Of a stretch of DNA of 64,000 nt, positions 48,880 to 62,235 are shown piece after piece. The DNA is from Camelus dromedarius (lineage: Eukaryota), in the NCBI RefSeq assembly GCF_036321535.1, contig NC_087472.1:95296001-95360000 (forward strand). The letters are read 5' to 3'. The notes under the pieces were generated by a model. The model did no database searches, was not told the origin of the DNA, and saw nothing but the letters and a program-made list of their open reading frames with translations. A program made the position numbers and the translations under genes. Each line of letters starts with the position of its first letter. The stretch's first letter is position 1.

Positions 48880-50710
48880 AATCAAAACTCTAAAAACTAC
48901 CAGACAGCCAACACTGAAAATGTATCTATTTTACCATAATTCCCAAAATGTAGTCTCTAAATTCTATCTTCCATTAAAAGGTTCCAAGGATTTCTTGGAG
49001 AAATGACTGAATTCAGGAATGGAACAGGAAATGCACAAGATTAGTTTAGGACATTACTGTATGAGAAAGCAAGAAAGCTGTTAAAAGTGAATGGGTTAAT
49101 GTAAGATGAAGGAGTTTCCAGGGGACTAAGATGTGATAATTTGAGCATTAAAAAGAAAAAAAAAAAAAAAGCCTTCAATGGATTTAAATATGTCAAGTGT
49201 ATACAAATCCTTAAGTTCACAATGATACTAGAAATAATAATTTAGCACAATTAGAAGTTGCCAGGGCACTAACTCATTACTCTAAAAATTGATAAATTAA
49301 GAAACATCTGTCCTGCCTCTCTGATGCTAAGTATATTTTAGGATAACCCAAGAGTTGATGAGTAAAGGCTTTTTGTCTATAAACCTTCCGCCTAATACAT
49401 GCAAAATAAATTCTAAAATCAGAATATCACCATTGCACAACTCTTAATAAAATAATGAATCTAGAGAAACAGCAGGAATGTCTGCTAAAGCCATTAGATA
49501 AGAAGCTGATGGGCAACTTTATAATGCTTGGATAAAGGCGATAACACCTGAACCCACTGATTAAACATAAAATTGCAGCACTTCAAATAGGACACCAACT
49601 ATTAGGTTCTTGACGTAAAGCTTAGAAAGTAGACTGTGAAGTCACTTACCCAAAATTTAAACCCAAACCCAATGAAAATCTCATCACTTGCTCACAAGAT
49701 GTATGAGGAATAATAGAACAACTTGAATGACATCATAAGGAAAAAAAAAATCAGCCAAAACCAGTATGTGGGACACGCTACTGAACAAATGACCTGGTTT
49801 CTTACGGCATGAAAGGTGTAATAGTTTTCTAGCATGAAGTTTCTTAAGAAGGGACTTAAGAGACATACAGCTAAACTCAATGTGTGAAAGTGGATTTAGA
49901 TCCTGATTCAAACAAAACAACTGGAGAAAAGTAAGTTTGAGGGAATTGGAACAAATTTAAAATAGAGTAGATAATAAATAATATTAAGAAATGACTATTG
50001 AAAGAACAAGTTGGAAGATGCACACCACTTGATTTTAAGACTTAACAATAAAGCTACCATAATCAAGAGATTGAACATAGATCAACTGAGCAAATTAGAG
50101 AACACAGAAATATGGCCACACATAGATAGCCAACTGATAAGTTTCAAAATCAATTCAGTGGAAAAGGGATAGTCTTTTAAAGAAATGTTGCTGCACAAAT
50201 GGACAGCCATAAGCAAAAAAAAAAAAAAAGGGGGGGTGGTGGTTAGAAAAAGAGAAATCAACCTGTATTCCCCAAACTTGCATAAAATTAACTCAAAATG
50301 GATCATAGGCAGAAATGTAAAATTTTCAAGTATAAAACTTCTAGGAGAAAATCTTCATGATACTGGGTTAAACAAAGAGTTCTGATCTATAAAAGGTAAA
50401 AAAGAGAAATGTGACTTTATCAAAATTTAAAAATTTTGCTCTTAAAAATACATTATTAGAAGAATAAAAAGACAAGCTATAGACTGGGAGAACATATTTG
50501 CATATCACTTATCCAACAAAGGGCCTGTAGGTATAATACGTGAAGAATTCTCAAAACTTTTAACAATAAGAAAACAAACAACCCAATTTTTAAAAATGGG
50601 CTAAAGCTTTGCTAGTTATCTGTCTACCATATATTTTCACCAAAGATAAATGGAATGCAAATAAGCACATCAAAAGATGCTCAAGACCATTAAGTCATTA
50701 GGAAAATACA
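48880..50710 (+). mobile_element. L1MC4/5-like 3' region (~48880-49995) followed by an L1 ORF2 fragment (~50000-50710)
   Basis: 'aatatcaccattgcacaactcttaataaaataatgaatctag', 'aaagctaccataatcaaga', 'aattaactcaaaatggatcatag', 'gactgggagaacatatttgca'. Confidence 0.8.
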
Positions 50711-51163
50711 AACTACTTTCTCACCCAAATAGGAACACTTTTGATAGTGAAAAGGAGCCCTAAAAATAATGAACAGCCATAAACCAGGATGTATGGTCAT
50801 CCCAATGTTGTCCAATATATTAAAAATATTAAACTTGAGGTTTTATTATTGTTATTGTTTTGTTGGCAGGTTTTCCCCCATTTTATTTGCTTTGCTTTGT
50901 TTTTTTTTATTGAAGGACCCAAACTGATAGCCCTAAAATCATATATAAACCAACCTTATATACTGGCTGATTTACCCAACTTTAGAAATGCAATTTTCAT
51001 GAGACTTTTTCTTTTTTTTCAAGTCTTTACCTACAAATTTTACTTTCTCACCAAGGAACAAGTTCCTCCTATAAAATCTAGTTGTATGCAAGGACCAAGA
51101 TTCTTGGGGGACCCAATAGGACAGAAGAGCCTCTAAAACTTCGTATAGCAGAAACCCAAATAC

Positions 51164-51821
51164 TGTTGCCGATAGATGCAACCGGTGTTCCAGGTTATTG
51201 TCCCATCCCGAAAGAATTCAGAGACAAGACTTAGAGGTTAAAAAAAGGTAAAGTGAGGATTTATAAAAGATGGATAGTACACTCTCAGGGGAGAGCGGGC
51301 AGGCTCAGGTGAGCGGCTGCCCTGCATTTCTTTGGCAAGTTAGCTTCATAGGGTGTAAGAATGAATGGGCGGAATATTCACTGGGGAGGGAAGGGTTTGG
51401 GGTTGTATTCCCTGATTATCATCCCAACTCCACCTTCCTGAAGGGAGGAGGGATTTTTGTCCTTATTTAGTCTGGATCAGAAGTGTCATGGCGTTGGTGC
51501 ATGATGGGTACTTCTGATCTGCAAGGCTAATTTTATTGAAATGAAGGCATAATGAGCAAAAGGCTACATTCGGACACTAGAAATTCCTGCCTTTTCTCAC
51601 CTTTCTTTGTTCTTCTCCAGGCCACTTGTCATCCCCAAAGGCATGATCCCTTATCAGCCCCAAGGTTCCTGCTTTTCTTTCTCTGCCCAGGGACCCCCTG
51701 CTGCTCACATGATGTGTGGTTTCCTGCATTTGGCCTGTGCCCCTCCTTTCTGCCTAATTCCTGCCATTTGGTCTGTGTCCCCCTTTCTCTGCTCATATCT
51801 AGCTATCTGCCTGCTCTGACA
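51164..51821 (-). mobile_element. Young ERV1-type solo LTR
   Basis: TG...CA ends, perfect 4-bp TSD ATAC (51160-51163 / 51822-51825), U5-like 'tctgaattctttcggg' on the minus strand. Confidence 0.88.
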
Positions 51822-51993
51822 ATACCACTTGAGCTATACCCTCCCCCTATATTGTGTTTTTAACTAAACCTCTAAAATAGGAAATCTCAAGACTGCAATA
51901 TGATGCCTCTATAAAACAAAGAAGTCATTTAAAAATAATACTATGTTTATCTTTTCTTTAACCCTTTTATTCCTTGTTACCAATAAGCTTTAT

Positions 51994-52517
51994 TGTAGTG
52001 TAGAACAGAATGTGCCAACCTAAAATATGTCTCTTTGGCATAATTATTATTTTAAGCTGGTTATTTTGTAAGAAACAGCAGATACGTGAGAAACTCTGAA
52101 AATTAAGTAAGAGTTAAACTTTTGTAAGAGATGTTTACATCTGTAAGGGAAATCTCTATTTGTAAGGGTGTTTTTCTCCCAGCATCAGGAAGTGGAGGAT
52201 GACCACGTATCTAGAAATGAAGAAGGTAATGACTTAAATTTGCATCAAAATCAGCCTTGTTTACTGTGCTTTTCCTGGGAACCTCCCATAATGGATATTC
52301 CCCACACTCAACATCCTCTTTTGTCACTGAGGATGGTATTTAAGGTTAGAGTTTCAGCTATTTTGGCAAGTTACTCAGTTTTCCTGGGTCTCTCCCATGT
52401 CTACATGTTATTAAACTTTTGTTTGATTTTCTTCTATTACTCCATCTCATGTCAATTTAATTCTTAGACCAGCCAGAAGAACCAGAAAGGCAAAGGAAAA
52501 TTTCATCCTCCCCTACA
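51994..52517 (+). mobile_element. ERV1 solo LTR (MER34-like, family C)
   Basis: 'cagaatgtgccaacctaaaatatgtctctttggcataa', 3' end 'atcctcccctaca'. Confidence 0.82.
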
Positions 52518-52811
52518 ATACTCAGGGACTAATGACTTGATTCCAAGTAAACATCACCTTTTGTCCTTTATTTCAAATCTGGTTTTTGAGTTTCCTTAGA
52601 GCCTAAACTACTGGCATGAACTTTCAGTCTATCAACGAAATCCACTAAGAAGAACATTCTTGTTGACATCCAATAGTTTGTCCCCTGTTAATTCATTAAC
52701 CAGTCATTCTTTTAATTTTCAATTGATCTTTTATCAGCCACAATGAAAAGTAAAGATCCACTAGAAAAAGCTATGGGGTTCTGGGTGTGAACAAAAAAAT
52801 ACTGCAAACCA

Positions 52812-53258
52812 TATCAGTAGACAAAGAATGCTGAAGCCATCAAGTCATCAGCCGCTGCCACCACCCCGCAGTGAGCTCTGGGTGCAGACAAGCCTGCAGC
52901 CCAGCCTCTGCAGCCTGAGGGGACTCAGAATAAGAACAGACAGGATACTGGCCCTCGATAGCTAGGTGCTTGTCAAAGGAATGAATTCAGTGAGCCCAAA
53001 TGTTTGCTTCCTCCCATACACAGAAAAGCACTAAATTTTTTAACTTGAGATGTCTGGTTTTCTTTAGTTAACAGGTCATCTTTTAATGTTCCAACTACCT
53101 GGTCTTTGTTGTAAAGCTCCTGTATATCCTAGCTCCTCCCCTACCTCTTCGGAGCAGTCCCTCAGAGCGACCTGAGAGGCTGTCACCCCGGCTCAAGTCC
53201 TCCCCACAAATAAAACGTAACTCTTAACTTTTACGCTGTGCATTTATTTCAGTCGACG
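52812..53258 (+). mobile_element. ERV1-type solo LTR (family A)
   Basis: Colinear with 4854-5280. Confidence 0.8.
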
Positions 53259-54310
53259 TGGGTTAAGTTAAACATTCTGATTAGCACTGCATTCTACATA
53301 TACTTTCAGATTTATTGTAGTTTAGAAAATAGTCAATCTCCTAAATGTCTGGCAAATTTAAGAACAAGATGTTACCACTTGATGGGAGGGGTGATGAAGA
53401 CCAAAAGAAAATGTCCCCAACTCAGAGGCAGTGGTTGAAAATATGTCAGTGGAAACACATTAAGAATGGTCTGTGTATTAAAAAAAAACAAAAAACAAAA
53501 AACAAAAAACTGAAGGACACTAATGCCAACAGAAATAACTGCCAACCATACAGTGATTCCTTTGGTGATCAACTGAATATAAAACAAAAACCCATTCTCA
53601 AACTAAATCTTTTAACAGATCAATGTTCCAAAGCAACCTGAAGATCTTCTGCTTTGCATTTGATCCAAAATGAGATTTTTCTCAGTTTCCCTCTAGACTG
53701 ACTCAGGAAAAGCCTTCCTGAAATCATGTTAAACCAGTAATTCTAAGGGAAAAAAATCCTATCTGTTGAGCTCATGAGGTAGTTAATACTAATTTCCAGA
53801 ACAAGTTTAAAGTAATAAAAAGTGGATGGGGTGGGTACTGTAAAACCTGTCACATAAATGCAAAGAGGACGTAACCCCCCAAAATAGCTTTCATATAAAA
53901 TCTTGCCACCAGATAAAAAACAGCTTTAGGGTTAAAAAAGAGAGCAAAGGAGTCCTATCTCCAGCAATATCCATAAATAATTTACTGCTAGCTTGTAAAC
54001 AATAGAGCAGCACAGTATGAATGCCAAAGAGGGTCTTTACATGTCATAAAGCCGCTCAGAAGTGCACTTGCTGCTGCAAGTCTGACTGTGAGCTTTGATG
54101 TGCTGGGAAAGAAACTGCTAAGCTGAGGTCATCAGTTAGTAGAAAACAATTTCCCTCATACAGAGAAGCAGACTAACTGCTGTGCATCCGACACAGACAG
54201 ATAGGAATTTAAAAACCGGGTTGCATAATGTGAGTTAGCTGGGAAAATGAATCTTGGATGCTCCTTCTGAATGACCAGAGCTAAAGCAAAGGGTGGTGCT
54301 TCCTCCAGAA

Positions 54311-54529
54311 CAGGGTTTCTCAACTTGACGCTGTTGACATTTGGAGCTGGGAGCTCTGTTGTGGGCATCGTCCTGCTCATCGGAGGATGTTTAACAGCAT
54401 CTCTGAGCACTACCGAACAAGTATCAGTAGCACTCCACCCCTACAACCAGCTGTATCAACCAAAAAGGTCCCCAGACATTGCCAAATGTCCCTTGGGTAA
54501 GTAAAGTCACCCCTGGTAGAGAACCACTG
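54311..54529 (+). mobile_element. MER20 hAT MITE
   Basis: TIRs 'cagggtttctc'/'gagaaccactg'; 'ccagacattgccaaatgtccc'; degenerate 8-bp TSD CTCCAGAA/GTCCAGTG. Confidence 0.88.
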
Positions 54530-55100
54530 GTCCAGTGGAAGGCAGAACATTATGAAATACTGTAAGGCTCACGTGGTAGGTTTATTCACATTTCTAATTT
54601 GATTCTGGTATAATTAGCTTTCTTTCCCAAATCCAAAAACACTTTGAAAGTAACACTGTTTGTTAACTGTCACATCCTTCCCCCAAGGCTCCACCCCCCA
54701 ACCAAAAACAGTGAAATAAGCCTGTATTTTATTTCAGATCATATAAAACAAAACAAAACAAAAAAATTAGAGAGGCATCTAAATTCTCTTGCAATATTTT
54801 TTCTTTTCATATCTTGACAAATACTATACACAAAGCCGTGTTCTAGGATGCAAAGGTGGAGAAACCTAATAAAGACAGGCCCTTTATTAATATTGAATGC
54901 ACGAAACTATTCAAATCCAAAGCCCTGCTGAGAAGAATATATATTCACAATCATAAACAATGCATAAAGGAGGTGGATTCAGGAGGAATGAAATTAAATA
55001 TTCTGATTAAACAGTATTGGGAACAAACAAAAAGGCACAAAAAGGTAATTGTACACAAATGCCTTTACTCTGTCAAGTCTCCTAAAATGTATGTATTGAA

Positions 55101-55579
55101 TGTGTTTGGGAGAAAGAATTTTCCTCTACCCTTCAAAGGTCCTCTGGCTGGTCTGATCATCAAATTGACATGAGACAGATCAACAGGAGAAGAACAAATC
55201 AATCAGTGTTGTATGTGCAGGAATCCCCCCAACATGAGAGGTTCCAATACAGAAGGGTAAAATAGATGCTTTCCTGAGCTAAGGACTGGGACAGCGATCT
55301 GGGGCTTCAAAGGGGAGGAGGGCAGTTCACAGGACAATGAGAAGAGTGGATGTTTGGTAAGTAAATGTTGGCCCCGTTGTACAGATGAGTCATTCAGATA
55401 AAATTTATTTCTGGTAATAATTCTCATTCTAGGAAACACCCCCAATTTGAATTCTTCTAGGTGGTTACGGGAGGGACAGTGGTTTCTCTTGAGCCCTCAG
55501 AGTCTCAACTGCCTTAGTCCAAAATAATCCACATGCTTAGGTGACACATCTCGGGGAAGCTCGTTCTGAACCCCTTCTA
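55101..55579 (-). mobile_element. ERV1 solo LTR (MER34-like, family C)
   Basis: Shares 'attttcctctacccttc', 'aaattgacatgag', 'ttcaaaggggagga', 'aaaataatcc' with the 37945 copy. Confidence 0.78.
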
Positions 55580-56379
55580 AAGCCTCACCATTTTAAAATG
55601 CTGGCCTCTGAATCCTATCCATTCCATGACTTGCAATGCTTGATGGCAAAAGCTTTGCCAGAACATCTCTGAATTTAATTTAATTCTCAAACTTCGCTTA
55701 AACTCTGCTTCAACCTTCTATTCACCCTAGGCCAGAACCTCCAAGTCAAATGAATGACAGAACTAATGTAGCTAACAAGATACTGCCTTGAATTGCTTCA
55801 TAAAGCTTTCAATCTAATAAGTTTTTAATGTCTGAATATAAATTTATTGACTTCCACTGACATTAATAGCAGGTCAATCATATTGACTGAATCCAAATGA
55901 GTCAACTGGATCATGTTGGTCAATAAATGTTGATCTAAACTATAAAAAGCAGCCAGGGTCAAGTGTAACGAAGCTTACAATAACCTGTATAATATGTCTT
56001 TCGTTAGGGAACGTTGCCTCTGAGAATAAAAATAAAGTTTAAGGTAACATCATATTAATGTTGACATCTAATCTCAAAGAAAACAGTGGAACACATGTTC
56101 AGTACCATCAGTGACATGCTGATGTAGCGCTTAGTGATAATATCATTAACTCATTTTAGAATGTTTTGTCACTTTCAAAAGAATGAAACTTTGACACCAA
56201 CACCCTAATCAATTTAGTGGGCACTGCCAACAGTGAGTTCAGTTAACTTCCACACTGCAAAAAAAAAAAAAAAAAAGTAAAGGATAATTCAGAGATATAA
56301 ATATTCTTTGACTATTTAAATTACAGTGAATAAGATGAAGAGTGAACAAATAACTCACTCATGAAGGACAATGATGGCT

Positions 56380-56580
56380 AAGTTGTTATGTGTCACCTAC
56401 TATGGATTGACTCTTCATTCTCACACTTCCAGGAGGCAAGTATATTACCTCCATTTTACAGATGGCAAAATTGAGGCATAGAGAGGCTACATAACCCTGC
56501 TGTTTAGTGGTGGACATGGTTTTTGAATCCACAGAGTCTGATTTCAGGGTGTATAGTCTCAATCATTAAACCACACCATC
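56380..56580 (-). mobile_element. MIR SINE
   Basis: 'ccattttacagatggcaaaattgaggcatagagagg', 'tttgaatcc...gtctga'. Confidence 0.72.
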
Positions 56581-57349
56581 ATTTACAAAAAGGAATTAGA
56601 TATCTGAACACTTGGGAGAAAGATGTTTCAGTTTGGGGGGGGGGGGGGTCGGTCCAGGCAAAGGCTAAGGTAGAGAAGAAACTTGGCACACTTGAGAGAT
56701 GACAAGTAGGCCAGGGTGGCTGGAGGGTAGGGAGTAAGGGGAAGAATGAGATGAGAAGTAACAGATATTTTAATCTATATTCTTCTATCATTGTTGAGAA
56801 TTAACTGGTATCTCTAGTTTTTATTTCCCCTTTATTACCTTAATTCTCACTTTCAATTTATTTTGAGAGCATCTGGAATTTTATTTTCAGATTTTAAACA
56901 TTTCCCCTTTGTTTATTTGGAATTATTTCTTTAACAATTGGGAAGGAAAATATTCATAGCTTGCCTATATCCCATCTCCTATTTCCTGGGGAGAAAAATA
57001 AAGAATCTGGCCAAAAAATCTCCTTGTACATCGATAGAACTTGCTAAGAGAATCTGGAATGCTTCTCATCGGATATATCTGGTCTGTCTCAGTTGCTTAT
57101 GGTAAACAAAACAGGAATTTATGAATTCATGGGGCACGGCCTATGGGAAAATATCACAGGCAGCTGAATCATTAGCAGAGTACAAAATGGAGACTCAGTG
57201 TGATCAAAATAGCTCCCTTTTGGTCCCCCCTCATGTTAATGATAAGCATTCATGTTTTTGAATAGGTGAGTGATTTAATATATACACAAAATGTTGAATC
57301 TCTAAAATAGAAACTGAATTATCAAATTAACATGGAATGTTAAAATTTT

Positions 57350-58700
57350 CCTGTATCACTAACAACCCACTAAAGCCTTATACAAGTAGAAACTATGCAG
57401 GCCTCATTCTCTTACAGCAAGCTGTAAACAAGAAATTTATAAAACAAAGGATAAAAAGGTCTATCTGTTCAGAAATCTAACACTCTTCCAAAGAACTCTT
57501 GGGTTAAAGAAAAGATCAAAACTGAAATTACTGTTTCTTTAGCCAGGAAAGGTAATGAGGTCAAAGCACACACTATACTATGAAGGCAACCGAAGTCAAC
57601 TTCAGAGGAAAATACACACACTAGCACACAAAAGAATAAAAACACAGGGCCAAACACTTCGTTCAAGAAACAAGAAATCCACATACACAAAAAAGGCCCA
57701 ACGAAATTAGTAAGGAGTTGATAATGGTAACTGAAAAAATAGTACAACAAAAAATATGTTTTTGAAAAAGAACAGTAAGGGAGAAAAATCTTAATCTTAT
57801 AAAGCAAAAAGTGTAAGTCAATTGAAATATTAAATATTATTTGAAAAACCTAGCCAGGTACCACATGATTTTATAGTTATGTTCATTCAGTATTACATCT
57901 AATTCCTATATTTTGTCAAACATATCTGATCAGATTAAAGGAAGCAAAGCTTCTCAATTCATTTTATGAATCTAATGCAGCTGTGATTCCAAAGCTTTGC
58001 AAAAGTAGCCTGTGACACACACACAACCCAGCACTCCAATATTAATATATCCAATAAAAATTCCTAGTAGTCATTAGCAAATCAAATTAAAATATACTCT
58101 TATTGAGAACAGACATTTTAAAAGAAAAACCCCAGGGGGGAAGGTATAGCTCAAGTGGTAGAGTGTATGCATGAGGTGCTGGGTTCAATCCCCGGTACCT
58201 CCTCTAAGAATAAATAAACCTAATTACCTCCCCCAACCAAAAATTAAATAAAATAAACTGGCTTTAAAAAAGGTTAAAAAAAAAAAAAAAAGAAAAAGAA
58301 AAGAAAAATCCTCCAAAAACATGTTTTATTACAGAAATTCAGGAATTATTTACTATGAAGACCCTCTACCACAAGAAACATGTGTATCCACATAAATCCC
58401 AAAAGATCAATGTCAAGTGTTAACACCTATTTTTGATAAAATAAAAACCAGAATAATTTTAGGTAAATTAGGGAAAAGATAAAAATTTAGAATTATTTAC
58501 AGAATTGTTTACACAGAACACTCCAAAAAAAAACTATTAAAAATAAAGAGAAAGTTGAGTAAGCTGTTATCTATATTATATACATATTTTAAAAACTAGC
58601 AGTTTCCCTGCATACCAGCAGTCACTACCTAGAATATATAATGGGCAAAAATTCCATTTACACTAGCAAAAAATGAATATGTGTATGTGCATATGTGTGT
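57350..58700 (+). mobile_element. Highly degenerate L1 ORF2 fragments
   Basis: 'tcattttatgaatcta', 'tgattccaaa', 'aattccatttacactagca'; A-rich. Confidence 0.55.
58135..58297 (+). mobile_element. Vic-1-like SINE
   Basis: 'ggtatagctcaagtggtagag', 'gggttcaatcccc', 'aataaacctaattacctcccc', A tail. Confidence 0.92.
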
Positions 58701-60030
58701 GTGATGCCTAGACATAATACACACTCCTAGTTTTGCTTTGCCATCTTCTGTCTACTCTGTTTTTCATCCCTGTGCAGAGCCCCTCTTCTCTGCCCACATC
58801 AACCTGAACCTGCCCTACCCAGTGTCCCAGGTCAATACCCACCTCTACGTAACTTCTCCTATAGCAACACATTTATTCCATTCTATTTATCTTTGTTTCT
58901 AGTAACCGGAACCTTCCCCACAGCAGCTGAGACCTTTTTGAGCTCACCTGGTAACCTCTTATGGTAGGATGAACTTTTTCAGCATTAACTGATAGACCTA
59001 TGCACTCCACCATGCAATCTCACCCCATCCTGGACTTCCTTTTAACCATACAACCCCAGACCACTGTGATTTGAGGCTCTAAGATATGAAGCCACCATTA
59101 CTCTGCAAGAGCGATTATCATGGTAGAACCAGTTCCCGTGAGGTGTAGAGAGTATAATAAAATCAAGAGCTGAGGAGAGAAGGGATTTAGTCTATCAGGC
59201 CTGAGTCACCACTGCCTTAAGTGCAATAGGCCTGAATCAAACTTGCATCCTTGCAGCTGCCCCTGCCACAATGCACATCCTGGGGAAAAACCAAGTATCT
59301 TCCCACATGGCACTGCTGGCACCCAGAGTGCCCATGAGCGGATAGCCTGATGCCAATGAGGAGGAGTGACCACAGCTGAGGACAGACAGCACAGCTGACC
59401 TCAGTAGATACCAGTGCAAGTCACATGACCACAGCTTAGAAGCCTGATGCCACCTCCCCCACCACCACCCTCAACTCATGCCCAGCCAGCACCCAGAGCT
59501 GTAATGCTACATAAACGTGGCAACTTAGCTGCCATCTTGAGAAGAAAGAAGGAAAGTTCTTAATGAAGTGTATTGAAACCTTAAATATCTGCTTGTCCAG
59601 AATTCACTGCTTTTAAGTGTTAAGCCGCTGGAAAGATCAGGGGCTTCAACTCAAAATAAGGTGAATTAGAGAAAAACAGTCACAATTTTGTACCCTTGGA
59701 AAAAACATCACTTGGAAATATCATATCCACTGCACCAAAAACTACAAGGACAAATCTCAGTCAACATAAGGGACAACCATCTGATGTCGCAAAGTTGCCC
59801 GAAAGGAATGTATTTTGGTCCAGATTTAGGAAAAACCACAGACATTTCTCCCACCAGGAACAGCAGGAGAAATTACTGTGTTGTGTGCCTTTTAGAGCCT
59901 AGAGGAAAGAGTGGGACGGGGTGACCATCTCTGTGATATCACTGTGTATACAATATCATCTAGTACAATTTTGCACCCTGGCATTTCGAATTTGTTCACC
60001 CCGGGAAAAGGAAAAACCCTGCTTTCCACC

Positions 60031-60863
60031 TGCATTAAGGAAAACTGAGTTCTTCCCCACTACATCTTTCCTTACTATGAGCTTCCTCGAACACTCACAC
60101 ATCCCACAACTTTGGTCACCAAATATGTATAGGTGTTTACCCACAACAACCAATTCTCTGTGACGTCAGCTGGGTGTCCTACAATTCAACTCAATTCTGG
60201 CACAACCTGGACGTACCATCAGATCCCACAAATTAAGGGTTCAGTCCTACAAGACTGCTCCCTCTTTCCCACTTCAGAGGCCAGTCGTGAGCTCAACTGT
60301 ACATCTGACCAGCCAGCTGTAAATCAGAGGTTCCCATGACTCACTCCTCAGGTTCTACCAATTTGCTAGAGCGGCTCCCAGGACTCAGGAAAAGTTTACT
60401 TATGTTTACTGTTTATTATAAAAGGACATGATAAAGGATACAGATGAACATCCAAATGGAAGAGCTGCATAGGGCAGGGTCTGCGAGGAAGGAGCGCGGA
60501 GCTTCCATGCCCTCTGCTGGCACGCCCCTCTCCTGGCACCTGCCAGCTTCACCAACCCCAAAGCTCTCTGAACCTCGACACTTTGGGGATTTTTTTTGGA
60601 GGGAAGCATGATTGATCATTAACTCCATTTTCAGCTTCATTCCCTTCTCAAGATAATGTGTGAATGAGCTAAAAATTCCAAGCTTCTAATCATGGCTTGG
60701 GCTTTCCAGTGACCAGCTCCCTTCTGCGAGTCCACCCAAAGTTGTCTCATCAGCACAAAAGATACTCCTCTAACCGAGGAAATTACAGGGGTTTCAGGAG
60801 CCCTGTGTCAGGAGATGGGGCAGAAACCAACATATATTTCTGATTATCAATCACAGTATCACA
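60031..60863. mobile_element. MER21-like solo LTR
   Basis: 'cagctgggtgtcctacaattcaactcaattctg', 'tttgctagagcggctc', 'ttccaagcttctaatcatggcttgg', ends 'tatcaca'. Confidence 0.85.
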
Positions 60864-60932
60864 CCCAGGTTACCTACACTTATAAAGTAAACGTGAGAAG
60901 TTAGCCGCAGCATTCTAAAACCAATAGCAAGA

Positions 60933-61066
60933 GGGAGGCAGTGGGTAGAGCTCAGTGGTAGAGCACGTGCTTGGTGTGCACGAGGCCTTGGGTTCAATCC
61001 CCAGCGCCTCCATTAGGGGAAAAATAAATAAGTAAATAAAAACTAAAAAGAGCTTTTTAAATAAAA
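60933..61066 (+). mobile_element. Vic-1-like SINE
   Basis: 'agctcagtggtagagc', 'gggttcaatcccc'; TSD TAAAACCAATAGCAAGA / TAAAACCAATAACAGGA. Confidence 0.9.
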
Positions 61067-62193
61067 TAAAACCAATAACAGGAAAAACAGAAGAAATACT
61101 AGAAAAGATATGTATTATACAGACTCCTGGCAATCATGATATTCTCCTTGAAGATGATGTCCAATGCCTCAAATTTTCCTTCTACTTTGCCTAATCTCCT
61201 TCCATCTCTGTTTGCATATTAAACCCCTGTTATCCTAAATATAATTTGTGTTTTCTTAAAACCAGTTATCAATCTGGACACTCAAGCATAAAGTGCCCCA
61301 AATTATTTCTTGTATCAAACAGATTCTAAGTAGAGCTTTGATATCTTTCCAGTCATACACAAATAAGTTTATTATAACCAATTCTTTTCCAGAAAAATTA
61401 ATAAAACAAGAGACCCAACGCTAACACCTTTACAACTAAGTAAGAAGATGACCATGTAACCTGGATACAGGGTTCTGAGAGGAGGCTACAGTCAGCAATG
61501 AAATGAAATGAAATGTGAGCAGTTGTGTTGGTCAATATTCTACTTCTGTGGACTCTGCCTACGGAAGGCAGGTGGTTTATTACAACTTGGAGAGGACTCC
61601 TGGAAAGAGAACTATTTCTCTGGGAATTTTAACTCAGAGATAAAAATTTTGGACAATTTTTTCCTATTTATTCAAAACAGACTGCCAGGTAAATTGGAAG
61701 CTTCCCAGTTAGCTGAACACAGGAAGTTAAACAGCTGCTAGACTTGCCTCATTCCCCAAACTGGTTCCATTCCAGTTGAACTGGTTAGGCTCCAGCAAGA
61801 ACCAGGCTGTCCCAACCAGTCTGGTTATCATTAGGCCTGCTGGACCCAACCTAATCCCTGTGGTGCACGCATTTCTACAGCCATTTCCCCCAGAGAAGAA
61901 GCCTGATGAAAAGCTTCCAGCAAGTTGCAGAACCACTCTGCAACAGACCCATGATGATGCTGCAAGACTCAGCAACCAACACTGGCTAAATGCTATTCCC
62001 AGGTGACTCCCTAGACCCAGAAGAGGCAGAAGCGCAGGTACACACCAGTCTCACTGCCCAGAGAAGCACCCTGGCATTGGGAGTCTTCTAGTATCAAGCA
62101 TGGCAGAAAGAGGACCCGAGTATTTAAGGGCAGGGCAGGTTCTAGTAAAATCACAGGTTATTTTTACAGAAAAGTGCTGGGCTCTGAAATTCT

Positions 62194-62235
62194 GTGCATG
62201 CGTGTGCACGCACACGCACACGCACACACACACAC
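62194..62235. repeat. Alternating purine-pyrimidine (TG/CG/CA) microsatellite
   Basis: 'gtgcatgcgtgtgcacgcacacgcacacgcacacacacaca'. Confidence 0.85.

Noticed and set aside
58890..59650. Possible old ERVL/MaLR LTR
   Set aside because: Only a vague resemblance; boundaries and family could not be supported.
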